From an uncultured Gemmatimonadaceae bacterium (GTDB taxonomy: Bacteria; Gemmatimonadota; Gemmatimonadetes; Gemmatimonadales; Gemmatimonadaceae): a stretch of DNA of 64,000 nt. The DNA is taken from assembly GCA_963781585.1 (NCBI GenBank), contig CAWAGQ010000011.1, forward strand, positions 288,001 to 352,000. The letters are read 5' to 3'. Shown one piece after another: positions 62,292 through 64,000 of the stretch. Below the pieces are notes generated by a model, which made no database searches, was not told where the DNA came from, and saw only the letters and a program-made list of their open reading frames with translations. The position numbers were made by a program, and so were the translations under genes. How positions within the stretch are numbered: position 1 is the stretch's first letter; each line of letters starts with the position of its first letter.

Positions 62292-62621
62292 ATGGCCGCT
62301 AAGAAGAAGGCTGCCAGGAAGGGCGCACGCAAAGCTGCGAAGAAGGCCCCCGCCAAGAAGAAGTCGAAGCGAGTGCCGAATGCTGCATTCATGAAGCCGA
62401 TGACGCCGAGCGCCGACCTCGCGGCGGTGATCGGCCCCAAGGCCCGCCCGCGCTCGCAGGTGGCGAAGTCGATCTGGGATTACATCAAGAAGAACAAGCT
62501 GCAGGATTCAAAGAACCGTCGCATGATCAACGCCGATGACAAACTGCGCCGCGTGTTCAACGGCAAGAATCAGGTCTCGATGTTCGACATGACGAAGCTG
62601 GTGAGCAAGCATCTGAGCTAG
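62292..62621 (+). CDS. SWIB/MDM2 domain protein with Lys/Ala-rich (histone H1-like) N-terminus
   Basis: 'PNAAFMKP..PS..LAAVIG....R......WDYIKKN.LQD..NRRMINAD.KL..VF.G...VSMF.MTK'; SD AGGAG and ATG 62292. Confidence 0.93.
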   Translation: MAAKKKAARKGARKAAKKAPAKKKSKRVPNAAFMKPMTPSADLAAVIGPKARPRSQVAKSIWDYIKKNKLQDSKNRRMINADDKLRRVFNGKNQVSMFDMTKLVSKHLS

Positions 62622-62648
62622 CGTACGAGTGTCGGACTTCGCGGTGTG

Positions 62649-62675
62649 AGAGGCGCGCCCCCGGGCGCGCCTCTT
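62649..62675 (+). terminator. Strong hairpin downstream of the SWIB gene
   Basis: AGAGGCGCGCCC-CC-GGGCGCGCCTCT. Confidence 0.6.
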
Positions 62676-62868
62676 CGCGTCACGGCACCCGACGCCGGGT
62701 GAGCCGTAGTTAGATTGGGTGCTGGCGTCGGGTGACCGGGGCGGTGGGCGCGGTGGGGGAGCACGACGACCCCGAGCATCTGCCGCCTTGTCACCCATGC
62801 CGGGCGCGCGGAACGCGTCGCGCCGAATCGCTGCCGGACCTCATCGACCACCGGAGCAGACCCCGCCG

Positions 62869-63678
62869 TTGCCCAAACGCTCGAAGACGCCGCGCAAGAG
62901 CGCCGCTCCGAAGCCCTCCAACGTCGTCGCCGCGGCTCGTGCCGGGAAGGCGCCGCGCAAGTCGACCACGACGCCGTGGGAGCACGTCAAAGGGATCGGG
63001 AGCGCGATCCTGATCTTTCTCTTTCTGCGCACCTTTTTCATCGAGGCCTATCGCATCCCGTCGGGGAGCATGATTCCCACGCTCCTCATCGGCGACTGGT
63101 TGTTCGTGAACAAGCTCGTGTACGGACCCCACATTCCGTTCACGCGGATCAACCTCCCCGGCTACTCGGAGCCGCATCGGTATCAGGTCGCGGTGTTCGT
63201 GTCCCCCCCCCAGTCCGATCAGCCGGACGACCCCACGCCGATACTGGTGAAGCGCATCATCGGGTTGCCGGGGGATACGCTCTACATGCGCGGCGGGAAG
63301 TTGTACGTGAACGGCATCGAGCAGCGTCAGGGATACGGCGCGCAGTCGGAGCCGGGGACGCCGCCCGACTACTACGACCCGCTGTTCAGCTGGCAGGCGC
63401 GGATCGCGCTTCACAACACGCGCTTCGGATCTGCGCCCGAGCATCCCCAGGTCGACGACTGGGGGCCGCTCCTGATTCCGGCGCGGCATTATTTCATGAT
63501 GGGAGACAACCGGTACCAGTCGAAGGACAGCCGCTACTGGGGGGTGGTGCCGCGGGAGAATTTCCGTGGGCGGCCACTGTTTGTGTATTACTCGTTTGTG
63601 CCCTCGAACGAGAGTGACCGACCGCTGTCGTTCATCACCGACATTCGGTGGCGGCGGCTGGGGCACTGGATCCGCTGA
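62869..63678 (+). CDS. lepB: Signal peptidase I
   Basis: 'IPSGSM.PTL.IGD.LFVNK', 'VKRIIGLPGD', 'YFMMGDNR..S.DSRYWG'; start uncertain (TTG 62869 proposed). Confidence 0.92.
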   Translation: MPKRSKTPRKSAAPKPSNVVAAARAGKAPRKSTTTPWEHVKGIGSAILIFLFLRTFFIEAYRIPSGSMIPTLLIGDWLFVNKLVYGPHIPFTRINLPGYSEPHRYQVAVFVSPPQSDQPDDPTPILVKRIIGLPGDTLYMRGGKLYVNGIEQRQGYGAQSEPGTPPDYYDPLFSWQARIALHNTRFGSAPEHPQVDDWGPLLIPARHYFMMGDNRYQSKDSRYWGVVPRENFRGRPLFVYYSFVPSNESDRPLSFITDIRWRRLGHWIR

Positions 63679-63689
63679 AACTCCGGCGG

Positions 63690-63784
63690 ACAGCTGTCCG
63701 CTTCAAGCCAGTAGCTGACCGCTGCTAGCTGGTGACTGACCGCCGTTCGCTGGCCGCTGATGTTGACCGCTGAACGCTGACAAC
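63690..63784. repeat. Degenerate heptamer family B, mostly reverse orientation (CTGAYNG-like)
   Basis: ctgaccg ctgctag ctggtga ctgaccg ccgttcg ctggccg ctgatgt ... ctgaacg ctgacaa. Confidence 0.7.
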
Positions 63785-63802
63785 CATTCCTGGAGGTGCC
63801 TC

Positions 63803-64000
63803 GTGCGCATGGGAATCGTGCTTCCTCTCGTCCTGGCCGGCGGAGTTTCGTTAGGCTGGGCGGTGGCCAGGGCCACGCCGGCGCAGCAGGGTGGCGCCAT
63901 CACCGAGACGGTCAACGGCATCACCTACCACATGCCCTACGGCCGGCCCACCCGTCCGTTCACGCCGGCCGTGCAGGTCGGCAATCTCCTCTTCCTGTCG
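63803..64000 (+). CDS. RidA/YjgF family protein with signal peptide; 3' end truncated by the window; absent from the ORF track
   Basis: SD GGAGG and GTG 63803; translates MRMGIVLPLVLAGGVSLGWAVARATPAQQ...RPFTPAVQVGNLLFLS, matching the RidA 'P.S.AV..G..LF.SG' start. Confidence 0.75.
   Translation, partial: MRMGIVLPLVLAGGVSLGWAVARATPAQQGGAITETVNGITYHMPYGRPTRPFTPAVQVGNLLFLS

Overview
GC-rich (about 70% by eye) bacterial chromosome segment with about 50 protein-coding genes. I found no rRNA, tRNA, CRISPR array, integrase or transposase. Gene content suggests Gemmatimonadota (inference, not a database result): ADOP-type duplicated permeases, a 'DLRxRLQxxLG..Y.LE.ELGGGGMS' Ser/Thr kinase-TPR, Ig-like lipoproteins and a SWIB protein. 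Genes cover transport (ADOP, ABC-2, RND/TolC, MFS, EamA, flippase, MscL), peptidases, signalling, polyphosphate handling (SixA, CHAD-CYTH), pruA, nfo and lepB. Three things stand out. (1) A non-palindromic octamer GCCTAACG/CGTTAGGC occurs at least 21 times, mostly inside genes, where it imposes AT-ending codons (TTA, CTA, CCT) in several reading frames; it looks like a DNA-level signal. (2) A PatA-like acyltransferase, MFS, PimA-like and PimB'-like cluster resembles actinobacterial phosphatidylinositol-mannoside synthesis, but here in an apparently diderm Gram-negative host. (3) Two families of intergenic heptamer tandem arrays. All counts and motif matches were made by eye, and many start codons were re-assigned from the ORF track.
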